The position numbers and the translations under genes were made by a program. Below are positions 40,317 to 48,929 of a stretch of 64,000 nt of DNA, in pieces. Numbering within the stretch: the first letter of the stretch is position 1; the number at the start of each line of letters is the position of its first letter. This DNA is from Vampirovibrio chlorellavorus (GTDB lineage: Bacteria; Cyanobacteriota; Vampirovibrionia; Vampirovibrionales; Vampirovibrionaceae). The notes beneath the pieces were generated by a model. It saw only the letters and a list, made by a program, of their open reading frames with translations, was not told where the DNA came from and ran no database searches. The DNA is taken from NCBI GenBank assembly GCA_903866275.1, contig CAIPMU010000012.1:6452-70451 (forward strand), written 5' to 3'.

Positions 40317-40577
40317 TATGGGCGGGTTTATGCGCTGAGGGTGTCTTTATTGGGCTGATTGCTCTTCAGGGTTATTTTGAGAGGAATGGGTGAGAGTCAT
40401 CCCGAACATTGGACAAATTCCTCTAGAGATAATTTAAATTTAATATCATATTTGGAGCGGTTGCTTTGGTGTTTTCCAGGACCTCCTGAAACAGCGTGCT
40501 AGTGCCAATAGCGCTTGAACTCTGGCTGATGCGTCTAGTATATCCATCAATTTAATAAAAGCTTTGTCAAAAAAATC

Positions 40578-40695
40578 GTGTTTATGTTAGCCTGACAATG
40601 GTTTCATAAAACAATTAGGTTGAAAAAACAACATATAAGCGAATTTCCGCCATCTTTAAATGGCAGGAAATGGAATGAGGAGTATTTCAAATGGG
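40578..40695 (+). promoter_or_regulatory. Conserved promoter/leader module, copy 2
   Basis: GTGTTTATGTTAGCCTGACAATGGTTTCATAAAACAATT and ATGAGGAGTATTTCAAATGGGA. uORF 40675..40722 (MRSISNGNYDVIFAC) has an AGGAAA SD. Confidence 0.6.
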
Positions 40696-41296
40696 AACTA
40701 TGATGTCATTTTCGCCTGTTAGCAGCCTCACACCGGCGCAACCCAAAAAGGGGCTGCTTGCTGGTCGTCAGCAAAGTCCTCTTGTGAAGTCTTCGGTTCA
40801 ACGTCCGACGCAACGGATTCTGGTGGTTCGCGCCCAACAGGAACCCCAGGATAGCTTTAAACCCAAAGCAAAAGAAATTTTGACCCAGGAAGATATTGAT
40901 GCGGTTGTTTTGCCGACTCAGGAAGCTCTGAAAAACCTGCTTGAACAGGTAAAAGTGGATGAGAAGGTCAAAGAGAGTCTGGCCAAGGTCTATGAAGTGA
41001 TTCCGGAAGAGGCTACCAAGACAGCGGTCAGCTCATATGCAAAAACCGGTAAAAATACACTGGATAGCGCCCTTGAAATTTCCAGAGAAGCTATCAATGA
41101 AGCTGCGAACACCAAGTCGCCTGTGAATCTGGTGGGTACCTGGTGGAAAACGTTTACCAAAATGCACTCCCTTGCCCTGAAGACTGGTCTGGAGCATACC
41201 GGTACATCGGCTAAACTGATTAACGATGTATTCAAGTCCAAAAAAGCTGAAGCCCCCGCCGAAGCGCCCAAGGACGACGCTCCCAAAGGCGAATAA
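40691..41296 (+). CDS. Hypothetical 201-aa protein, paralog B of a tandem pair
   Basis: N-terminal S/T/Q/K-rich 60 aa, a helical middle, and an A/P/E/K-rich C-terminus (AEAPAEAPKDDAPKGE). Confidence 0.5.
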   Translation: MGTMMSFSPVSSLTPAQPKKGLLAGRQQSPLVKSSVQRPTQRILVVRAQQEPQDSFKPKAKEILTQEDIDAVVLPTQEALKNLLEQVKVDEKVKESLAKVYEVIPEEATKTAVSSYAKTGKNTLDSALEISREAINEAANTKSPVNLVGTWWKTFTKMHSLALKTGLEHTGTSAKLINDVFKSKKAEAPAEAPKDDAPKGE

Positions 41297-41362
41297 TTGA
41301 ATCATGAATGAGAGCAGGCACTCGGTCAAATGTACCGGGTGCCTGTAATCCTTCAACAGGTT

Positions 41363-41436
41363 CCACCCTGCAAAGGGTGTTTCTTCAGTATTCAGAGCTA
41401 AAATCCCTTTGGTTTGTGTGGGCCAAGGGTTTTTTG
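41363..41436 (+). terminator. Two tandem terminator hairpins after paralog B
   Basis: CACCCT-gcaa-AGGGTG followed by TTTCTTC, then CCCTTTGG-tttgtgtgggc-CCAAGGG followed by TTTTTT. Confidence 0.65.
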
Positions 41437-41503
41437 TATTTAGTTCATTCCGTTTGCCGGTTGGGCTGTGTGGCATTAACGGTTTGGTTTGCAGTGTGAG
41501 GGG

Positions 41504-41980
41504 TTATAAGCGGTAGTCGTAAACCGGTGCGGGCAACGATTCCTGCATCATTTCATTTTTCATATGGCTGGCAATGTAATACTGTTCATCCTCGGTTAAA
41601 TACGCCTCCGCCCACGGAAACAGGATTTCCTCATCGTTTCGTTTGGCCAGGTCCAGCAGGCCCCCCAGATTGACCACCTGATAGTAATACTCTCCGCGGG
41701 GTTCATCCACGTGCATCATAATCGCGTGTTCGGACACTTCCTCGATGCCCTCATGCACGGTCAGCATTCGGGCAATCAGGTCTTCATGTTCGCCAGTTTT
41801 GTGGATGTAGGGAAAAAACAGATTCTGTTCGATCTGAAGGTAGCTGTTTACCTCATCCAGAATGGTGCTCGATTTCTCCAGTCGCTGGTCATCGTTCAGC
41901 TTTTGATAGTTTTCACTCAAGTCCTGAATGACCCGACGGGCCAGATTGCGTTTTGCGGCGAGCACTTGCAACACGTCCAT
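41504..41980 (-). CDS. Hemerythrin-like (HHE cation-binding) domain protein
   Basis: Spaced His/Glu pattern (H..E..H...HE..EE..EH...H) in a 158-aa all-helical-looking protein. This is a tentative call. Confidence 0.4.
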   Translation of the reverse strand: MDVLQVLAAKRNLARRVIQDLSENYQKLNDDQRLEKSSTILDEVNSYLQIEQNLFFPYIHKTGEHEDLIARMLTVHEGIEEVSEHAIMMHVDEPRGEYYYQVVNLGGLLDLAKRNDEEILFPWAEAYLTEDEQYYIASHMKNEMMQESLPAPVYDYRL

Positions 41981-42432
41981 AACATCCCTCCCCTGGTAAG
42001 CGTTTTCATTCTAGTCTTTTGTCAACGTGGCAGCATCCCCTGAAAGACTATTTGTAAACAAGCCGCAACGCTTGGCTTTTTTTTCTTGTGCGAAGCTCGC
42101 CTTTTCATTTTAATCATGAGTAGAGTTAGCAGAAATGGAACGATTATCTTTGTCCTGCACTGCCTCACCGAACCGCCCCCTCTCTTTATCCCTGCGCCGT
42201 GTTGCCATCCAGCAACCTCACTTTGGGCAAAGACAACGGGTTATCTGCGCATCGGTGGTTCAGGCGATTCGGCAGGTTTGCTCAACGAGCGTGACGTTCC
42301 CCGGAATCTTTCTGAAATGAGTGCTGTTTGCCTGCGTTCTGAAATCAGGGACAACCATCAGTCATTTTTGTGCTCTGTCTGGTTTTGTTTTCATAGTTCT
42401 CGTGTAATCGCCGCCAAGGGTTTGCCTTCGTC

Positions 42433-44142
42433 ATGAATGTCACCGCACCGTATCTTGTGAATGCCCTGACTTTTGCACCACCTCCCCTGGTTTCAACCCC
42501 TCCTGTCAGCGCTGTGCCTGCGATTCGGTTGGCGCCGCCAATGGCCGGGCTGCATTCGCGAGATCATTTCAGTCGGTCGGTGAACCTGATGAACCCACCC
42601 TCCGATTCTCCTCCTGAGGCGACAGCGGGGCAAAAGTATATGCCCGTTCTGCCCGCTTTGGCTAAACCGTCGGGTTATCAATCCCTTCGTATCGTTTACA
42701 ATAACGATCCCCACGAAAAATTCAAGGCGCTACCTTATCTGGTCAGCGCCTTTCGTTTGGCGTCCGCGCAGGGGCAATTGGCCGGGCGGGATGTCCTGCG
42801 TTTAAACTCAGGCGATAACAACGTGGGCAAGGAGCCCGATGAGTGGGGCTTGCAGGTCAAGCTGCTCAATATGATGCGTTATGATGCGGTCACGATGGGG
42901 AACCATGAGCTGGATTTGGGCACTGCGAACTATGCTCGTGGGCTCCAGAATGCCAATTTTCCTACGCTGGTGTCCAACCTGAAGATTCCAGCGGGCAGCA
43001 GTCTGGCCCGACTTATTCAGCAAGGGAAATTACGCACCCTGCCCCAGATCCTGCAAACCCCGAAGGGGGTTTATGGCCTGATTGGCGTCACTGCGCCGGA
43101 TCTGAAATCGGTGGTCAGTAAGCAGGCCAAGCTGGAAGGGGTGGATCCACAACGCTTTGAAGAGACGGCGGCCAATGTGGCGGCTCAGGTGAACTGGCTG
43201 AAAAATCAGGGTGTCAATCAGGTGATTGTGCTCTCCCATATGGGTTATCCGCTGGAGCAAAAGCTGGCCCGCACGGTGCCGGGTATTGATATTATCGTGG
43301 GTGGTCATTCCCATGATGTCATTGATGGCATAACGCCCGGCAACAACTACCTGAATGGCCCTACCGGCGAGCCTGTCCTGTTGTTGCAGGGAGGCAAGAA
43401 CGCCCAGTATATGGGCGTGGCGGATGTGCTGTTTGACCCTCAGGGCCGACTGATCCCGCAGCAGAACAAGCTGTTTAGTCCGTTGATTGCTCCGCCGGAT
43501 GCCAAAGCCAAGGCCCTGCAGGATAGCATGTTGGGCATGCCTCGCAAGATTGCCGATGTGTTTCACAGTTACGACGCCAATGGGAATGAGTACCATCCCG
43601 ATCCGGTGGCGCAGTTTACCGCGGATACCATGCGCGCGCTGAGTGGCGCTGATATTGCCTTTGTGCGCTCCTCGGAGATCCGGGATAACTTTCAGCCCGG
43701 TGCTTTCACGGATCATGATCTCAAGGCCCTGATGCCCTTCACGGATCCCATTATCCGTCTCAACGTGACCGGACAGGAGATTTTGAACAGTCTCACCCGT
43801 TCCGCGCGAGGTATTGCCAATCGGGAAAGTCATCCGGGTATGTTGCACCCCTCCGGTTTGGCGGTGAGCCTGAACGGGACTGTGGGTCAGGTGCAGCAGG
43901 CCTTTGTCTTCAGTCGGGCCAATCAGCGGTGGGAACCCCTGGATCCGGCCAGGACCTACAGTGTGGCGATGGATGAATTCACCGTAAAAAACCATGAATT
44001 CCCCGATTTCGCACACCCGGACCGTGTGCAGTGGAATTCGAATCAGCCCTTGCGTAACTTTTTCAATTGGGGCTTGCGTCAGTCCGGTGCTCCGTTTCAG
44101 CCGGTTCACTTCCACGATGATGGTCGGCTGCAGGTGGTTTAA
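42433..44142 (+). CDS. Bifunctional metallophosphatase/5'-nucleotidase family protein
   Basis: N-terminal MPP motifs (NNDPHEK, GDNNVG, GNHELD, GGHSHD) and a C-terminal 5'-nucleotidase substrate-binding domain; 569 aa. Confidence 0.75.
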   Translation: MNVTAPYLVNALTFAPPPLVSTPPVSAVPAIRLAPPMAGLHSRDHFSRSVNLMNPPSDSPPEATAGQKYMPVLPALAKPSGYQSLRIVYNNDPHEKFKALPYLVSAFRLASAQGQLAGRDVLRLNSGDNNVGKEPDEWGLQVKLLNMMRYDAVTMGNHELDLGTANYARGLQNANFPTLVSNLKIPAGSSLARLIQQGKLRTLPQILQTPKGVYGLIGVTAPDLKSVVSKQAKLEGVDPQRFEETAANVAAQVNWLKNQGVNQVIVLSHMGYPLEQKLARTVPGIDIIVGGHSHDVIDGITPGNNYLNGPTGEPVLLLQGGKNAQYMGVADVLFDPQGRLIPQQNKLFSPLIAPPDAKAKALQDSMLGMPRKIADVFHSYDANGNEYHPDPVAQFTADTMRALSGADIAFVRSSEIRDNFQPGAFTDHDLKALMPFTDPIIRLNVTGQEILNSLTRSARGIANRESHPGMLHPSGLAVSLNGTVGQVQQAFVFSRANQRWEPLDPARTYSVAMDEFTVKNHEFPDFAHPDRVQWNSNQPLRNFFNWGLRQSGAPFQPVHFHDDGRLQVV

Positions 44143-44159
44143 GGGTTTTTAAAGACGCT

Positions 44160-45227
44160 TTAGTTGCATCGCGGGACTTTGGGTAGCCATTGATTGGGAT
44201 TCACCGGCAGTCCGCTGACGTACATGCCCCAGTGTAGATGAGGCCCCGTGGCAAACCCGGTGGCGCCCACAAAGCCCAGCACATCGCCTTTTTTGACGCG
44301 CTGGCCGGGCGTAACGTTCAGGCGGGACATATGAATATAGATGGAGCCAACTCCCTGGCCGTGATCAAGGCCCACAGTGCCGCCGTGTAACCGGAACATC
44401 TGCGCGATTTGCACCACGCCGCCATTGATGGCCCGAATGGGACGCCCTGCAGGGGACCTCAAGTCTACCCCCTTGTGGTAATCTCCGGTTGGGACCCCGT
44501 TGTGTAGCCGCAATACGCCAAATGGAGAGTTTTGGCAGTCGGGAGTTGGACTGATAAAGCCTTCATCCCAGAATTTGAGCGGGCTGACCCGCTCCTTGAG
44601 GGCCTGAATGGCTTCCATTTCGCCGGGAAAGGGTTGCAGGCCCTCGGTGCTTTTGCTCACACTGACGTTCTGTGTTTTAAACGCGGCATTGATCACGCTG
44701 ACTGGAACCGGTTTTAGGGGGTCACCCTGGGTGCCAGATATACTGAGCGTATAGGCCCCCGGTTTCTGAAAGACGGAAACGGGTACGAGTGCCAGCAAAC
44801 TGCCGTCCTTTTTCGGGAAAAACGTGGCCTTGCGCCCGGCAAATTCGGCCGTAGCTCCAGCGGTTGGGTGGCCGACTGTGCTAGAATCGTTCAGATAAAC
44901 GTTCAGTACATTCCCCTGCTTCACCGTGTTGGCGACCAACACGCCCGTTACACGCAATATCGGGCGCTCTGCGATACCCGATTGCATGGGTTTCAGCGTG
45001 GGCGTCCCTGCATCTGTCGGTACGGGCGCGGGTTGGGCGTTTGCAACCTCTACACCACCACCACTTCCCCAAAGGCACAGACTGCCGAGCATCACCAGCA
45101 GAGCCAAAGCGCTCCAGCGTCCTGTCCCTGAGTCAGACCGTCTGTTTTTTTCTCCCACTGCGCGCACGTCTCTCCCCTTTCCTTGGTTCATCCACTTTGT
45201 TTCAATTATAGTAGTACTTGCTGTCAA
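44160..45227 (-). CDS. M23-family peptidoglycan DD-endopeptidase
   Basis: HKGVDL and GATGFATGPHLHW zinc-binding motifs, with an N-terminal signal/TM segment. Confidence 0.85.
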   Translation of the reverse strand: MTASTTIIETKWMNQGKGRDVRAVGEKNRRSDSGTGRWSALALLVMLGSLCLWGSGGGVEVANAQPAPVPTDAGTPTLKPMQSGIAERPILRVTGVLVANTVKQGNVLNVYLNDSSTVGHPTAGATAEFAGRKATFFPKKDGSLLALVPVSVFQKPGAYTLSISGTQGDPLKPVPVSVINAAFKTQNVSVSKSTEGLQPFPGEMEAIQALKERVSPLKFWDEGFISPTPDCQNSPFGVLRLHNGVPTGDYHKGVDLRSPAGRPIRAINGGVVQIAQMFRLHGGTVGLDHGQGVGSIYIHMSRLNVTPGQRVKKGDVLGFVGATGFATGPHLHWGMYVSGLPVNPNQWLPKVPRCN

Positions 45228-45277
45228 TCGTCACTGTAAAATTACCCCCACCTCAAAACGATAGGAAAACACGCTCC

Positions 45278-46606
45278 ATGTTTGTTGATAAGGCGACCAT
45301 CCATATTAAATCCGGCTCCGGGGGCAACGGCATGGTGGCCTGGCGACGGGAAAAGTATGTTCCGTTTGGTGGCCCGGCTGGTGGCGATGGCGGGAATGGT
45401 GGCGATGTGGTTATTCGGGCCACGAGCAATCTGAATACGCTGATGGACTTTAAGTATCAGTCCATCTTCAAGGCGGAAGACGGCGAAAAGGGTTACATTA
45501 AGAATATGCACGGCAAGAATGGCAAGGATTTGATCATTCTGGTGCCCTGCGGCACCATTGTGCGCGATGCCGACAATGGAAACGCGGTGGCGGATTTGCG
45601 TGAAGAGGGTGATCAGGTATTGGTGGCCAGCGGTGGCCGTGGGGGACGCGGAAACGCCAGCTTCTCTTCCTCTAAGCGTCAGGCTCCCCAGTTCTCCGAA
45701 CCGGGAGAGCCTTGCATTGAGCGGAACATTGAGCTGGAGCTGAAACTGCTGGCCGAAGTGGGCATTATTGGTCTGCCCAACGCCGGGAAGTCGACTTTAA
45801 TCAGCGTTATTAGCGCGGCCAAGCCCAAGATTGCCAACTATCCCTTTACCACCATTGTGCCCAACTTGGGTGTGGTGCGTAAACCCAATGGCGACGGGAT
45901 TGTGGTGGCTGATATTCCCGGACTGGTGGAAGGTGCCAGTGAAGGCGTTGGTTTGGGGCACGAATTTTTGCGCCACGTGGAACGCTGCCGGATGCTAATC
46001 CATCTGGTTGATCTGTCCACGGAGGAATCCGAGGATGTGCTGGGCAATTACGATTTAATCAATCGGGAGCTGGCGCGCTATAACGAGCGACTGTCCAAAA
46101 AACCGCAAATTGCGGTCTTGTCCAAGGCGGATACGGTCAGCGAAGACGTGGTGGACTACTACCGTGATCTGCTGGCAGAAAAGACCGGCGAACGGGTCTT
46201 TATCATCTCCTCTGCCACGCGGGCCGGTGTGGATGATCTGGTGAATTTCGTGATGGCCAAGCTGGATCAGCTGCCACGGGATGAAGAAGTGGTCACACTG
46301 GTGCCTGACTTGAAGGCGTCTAACAATGATGACAGCGAGTTTGAGATCGAACGCCGGGGCAAGGTCTTTATTGTGCGCGGGGGTAAGATTGACCGTCTGT
46401 TCAGTGTGACGGATATGCGAAATCGCGAAGCCAGCGCCCGTCTCATGAACATCCTGAAAGCGATGGGGGTCTACAAGCAATTGGCTCTGGTGGGTGCCGA
46501 GGAAGGCCATATTATTCAAATGGCCGGGCTGGAGTTTGAGTACTTCCCCGATGAGCGTGATTATGAGGAAGAAGCCGAGTACGCGCTGGATGAAGATGAA
46601 GACTAG
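45278..46606 (+). CDS. obg: GTPase Obg with acidic C-terminal extension
   Basis: Obg-fold N-terminus MFVDKATIHIKSGSGGNG, G1 GLPNAGKST, G3 DIPG and G4 SKAD. AGGAAA SD before ATG 45278. Confidence 0.9.
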   Translation: MFVDKATIHIKSGSGGNGMVAWRREKYVPFGGPAGGDGGNGGDVVIRATSNLNTLMDFKYQSIFKAEDGEKGYIKNMHGKNGKDLIILVPCGTIVRDADNGNAVADLREEGDQVLVASGGRGGRGNASFSSSKRQAPQFSEPGEPCIERNIELELKLLAEVGIIGLPNAGKSTLISVISAAKPKIANYPFTTIVPNLGVVRKPNGDGIVVADIPGLVEGASEGVGLGHEFLRHVERCRMLIHLVDLSTEESEDVLGNYDLINRELARYNERLSKKPQIAVLSKADTVSEDVVDYYRDLLAEKTGERVFIISSATRAGVDDLVNFVMAKLDQLPRDEEVVTLVPDLKASNNDDSEFEIERRGKVFIVRGGKIDRLFSVTDMRNREASARLMNILKAMGVYKQLALVGAEEGHIIQMAGLEFEYFPDERDYEEEAEYALDEDED

Positions 46607-46663
46607 CAATACAATGACGACCCGGATGAATGTCGGGTTTTCGCTGCTAGTGGCCTAACCGAC

Positions 46664-47776
46664 TCAAGGGGCCGTTTGGTCGCCGGTTTGTGAGTCGATG
46701 CGTCGAGCGCGCTGTTGGTGTCGCTGGTGTTGCTCGTCCAGCTCAAAAATCACGCGAATGATGACATAAGCGGCATACAAAGCGCTCATGGAGAGCTCCC
46801 CGGTTGGATGCAAGCCCACCGATTGCTTTCCTGTGGCAGCGTGGAGAGGGGATTCATGGGCATTGGCTGGCGCCTCTGATTCAGCGCTGGCCGCCGGGGG
46901 ATTTGAATCGGGGCGAAGGGTGATGGCTTTTGGGTTGTCCTTCAGCACGAAGCTGAGATCGATGTGTCCGGCGCCGCCCAGCCCGGTGACGACTTCCTGA
47001 GCAATGGCGGCTGTAAATGCTGTCGCGATGGGTTCATGTTGAACAATGGCGTGCAACGGGGCTCGGCCTTGCGAGCTGAGGGTGATTCTAAATTGCCCCA
47101 GTGTTAAGGTTTCAATGAACAATGCCAGTTGTTCACCGGCTGTGCCAGCGGATTCGCCGCCTTCTCCGCTTCCGGCCGCTTCCTGTCTCAGGGAAAAGGC
47201 TTGCGGGGGATGCAGGGGGTAAGGCAGGTAAAGGTGGATGGCCGCATGCAAGGCCTGACCCGGTGATTGCTTGCTCTGGGCGACCAGTTCACTCAAGGTT
47301 CCGAGGAGCTCTCCCAGTTGGCCGGGGTGTCCGCCGCTCCCTCCGCCTGCGGATTGCAGCAGTTTTAGCAGTTTTTCCCGAGCTTCATCAACGTGGGTGA
47401 GCAGGGCGGCTTGCAGCTCATTCAGGGGGACAGGCGTTTCCGTTTGTAGCAGGGCTTCTAACAGTTCTGGTAATACTGTTTTGGCCATTGTCGGGTTCTC
47501 ATTGGCCAGCATGGCCAGTAGCTGGGCCAGTTCTTTGGGCAGCTTTAACAGGTTCCTCAACAACTGCAGGAGTTGTCCGGGCTGAAGGGCCAGTTCTGCA
47601 TTCAGGGCAGGCGTCAAACTTCCTGTGGGTAGCGCGTGATGCTCCGCTGATGAAGGTTGGTTGGCTGTATGCGGTTCTCCGGACGTACTCAGCGGCTCGC
47701 CCGATGTCGCTCCACGCGATGTGGCAATGGGGTTGGGCTGACCATTGGGTCTGAAGTTGGGGCCAATTTGAGTCAC
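46664..47776 (-). CDS. Protein with a C-terminal FliK-like Flg_hook domain, otherwise low-complexity
   Basis: LTLGQFRITLSSQGRAPLHAIVQHEPIATAFTAAIAQEVVTGLGGAGHIDLSF resembles the hook-length-control FliK C-terminal domain (LGxVxIxL...). I see no other flagellar genes in the window. Confidence 0.45.
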   Translation of the reverse strand: MTQIGPNFRPNGQPNPIATSRGATSGEPLSTSGEPHTANQPSSAEHHALPTGSLTPALNAELALQPGQLLQLLRNLLKLPKELAQLLAMLANENPTMAKTVLPELLEALLQTETPVPLNELQAALLTHVDEAREKLLKLLQSAGGGSGGHPGQLGELLGTLSELVAQSKQSPGQALHAAIHLYLPYPLHPPQAFSLRQEAAGSGEGGESAGTAGEQLALFIETLTLGQFRITLSSQGRAPLHAIVQHEPIATAFTAAIAQEVVTGLGGAGHIDLSFVLKDNPKAITLRPDSNPPAASAESEAPANAHESPLHAATGKQSVGLHPTGELSMSALYAAYVIIRVIFELDEQHQRHQQRARRIDSQTGDQTAP

Positions 47777-48033
47777 GTCGCCTCTTTAAATCGGATTTTA
47801 AATAAAGCGTTCACCCTATTATTCATGAGCCCTGTCAGAATCATAATCACTCTGGCCTTGCTCAAACTAGGGCCTGAAAAAAGTCGTCACTGAAAGACTT
47901 CGCAAGACAGAGTGAATTCATGACTGGTGTGGTATTTAATAAATCAAAATACTCCACCGATTATTTTAGGCGCGATTATCGAGAGGTAGAGCATTGACAA
48001 ATTCCCTTAAATGAGCCCATCTCAATAGGTTTC

Positions 48034-48609
48034 TTATATTTTTAACCAGGAAGGATCATACGTGCTGGAAGGCATAATCCCGCATCCAAACTGCCAGCAA
48101 CTATTGATTTTGATTTGTCCACGCGTGGTTATCATACCATCGTAATATAACTCAAGCGCCACGCCAGAACCGGGACTGGAATTGCCAAAATCGGGATCAA
48201 AGGTCCAGCCGATAAAATGCATGGTCGTTGTCCCGCCGAAAATGGTCGTAGGCGAATATTGCAATATTCCGCCATTCGCCAGTCTCAGACAAGGTGTGCC
48301 TGCAGTACAACTTTGTGTCGGCGCAATCACGGGCCAACCATCGATCGTTGAAGCCGTGTCAATACTCACGTAATTAATATAGGGTGTAATAACGCCAGGG
48401 CCGGTATTGGAACTGACCAAACCATTCAGTTTGGCCTGTTGAAATGCCGCGCTAATCATCCCCATCGTTTCTCGCGTTTTGGCATTATAAGCCTCACTCT
48501 GCTGAGTCACCATGATTTTGGGAATCGTAAAGGTCGCAATAACGCCCAGTATGGCCACTGAAATCAATAACTCAGCCAGGGTAAAGCCTTTTTTCCTGCT
48601 GGAAACCAT
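48034..48609 (-). CDS. Type IV pilin-like protein (prepilin-type N-terminal cleavage/methylation domain)
   Basis: Class III signal MVSSRKKG|FTLAELLISVAILGVIATF and two C-terminal Cys pairs; 191 aa. Confidence 0.75.
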   Translation of the reverse strand: MVSSRKKGFTLAELLISVAILGVIATFTIPKIMVTQQSEAYNAKTRETMGMISAAFQQAKLNGLVSSNTGPGVITPYINYVSIDTASTIDGWPVIAPTQSCTAGTPCLRLANGGILQYSPTTIFGGTTTMHFIGWTFDPDFGNSSPGSGVALELYYDGMITTRGQIKINSCWQFGCGIMPSSTYDPSWLKI

Positions 48610-48802
48610 ATCGGAAACACCCTCTTAATAGACCTTGGGGACGCTCAATAAAAAAGCTATTATAATACCTATTATAGCATACCTCATAGGTTTTAGAACC
48701 CCTTAAACTTTAGGGGTTAACCCACCAATGGGCCAATTGGGATTGCTGGCGTTATTGTCCAAGGCGTATCAGAACCTGGGGCAAATAGAATGCTGAAAGA
48801 CA

Positions 48803-48832
48803 AAGACGTTGTAGGGTGAGCTACAACGTCTT
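48803..48832 (-). terminator. Strong hairpin (12-bp perfect stem) downstream of the giant-protein gene; probable terminator
   Basis: AAGACGTTGTAG-ggtgag-CTACAACGTCTT. On the minus strand it is followed by a TGTCTTTC T-rich run, about 100 nt past the 48930 stop. Confidence 0.5.
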
Positions 48833-48929
48833 GATGCCTCGATTTTAAATCGGGTTTATTTAACATCGGTCAAATTCATTTAAATGAACATAAAACGAAT
48901 ATTGACAGGGGGTGCTTTTATATATTTCC

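Noticed and set aside
39647-41296. Reading the S/T-rich N-termini of the paralog pair as plastid-type transit peptides, implying eukaryotic DNA
   Set aside because: Gene density, operons, SD sequences and intrinsic terminators are plainly bacterial. The resemblance is compositional only.
43030-44115. 361-aa antisense ORF inside the 5'-nucleotidase gene
   Set aside because: It is a shadow ORF with H/R/G-rich composition.
46664-47776. Interpreting the FliK-like ORF as evidence for a flagellar locus
   Set aside because: The window has no other flagellar genes. Flg_hook-like domains occur in non-flagellar contexts, so I call only the domain.
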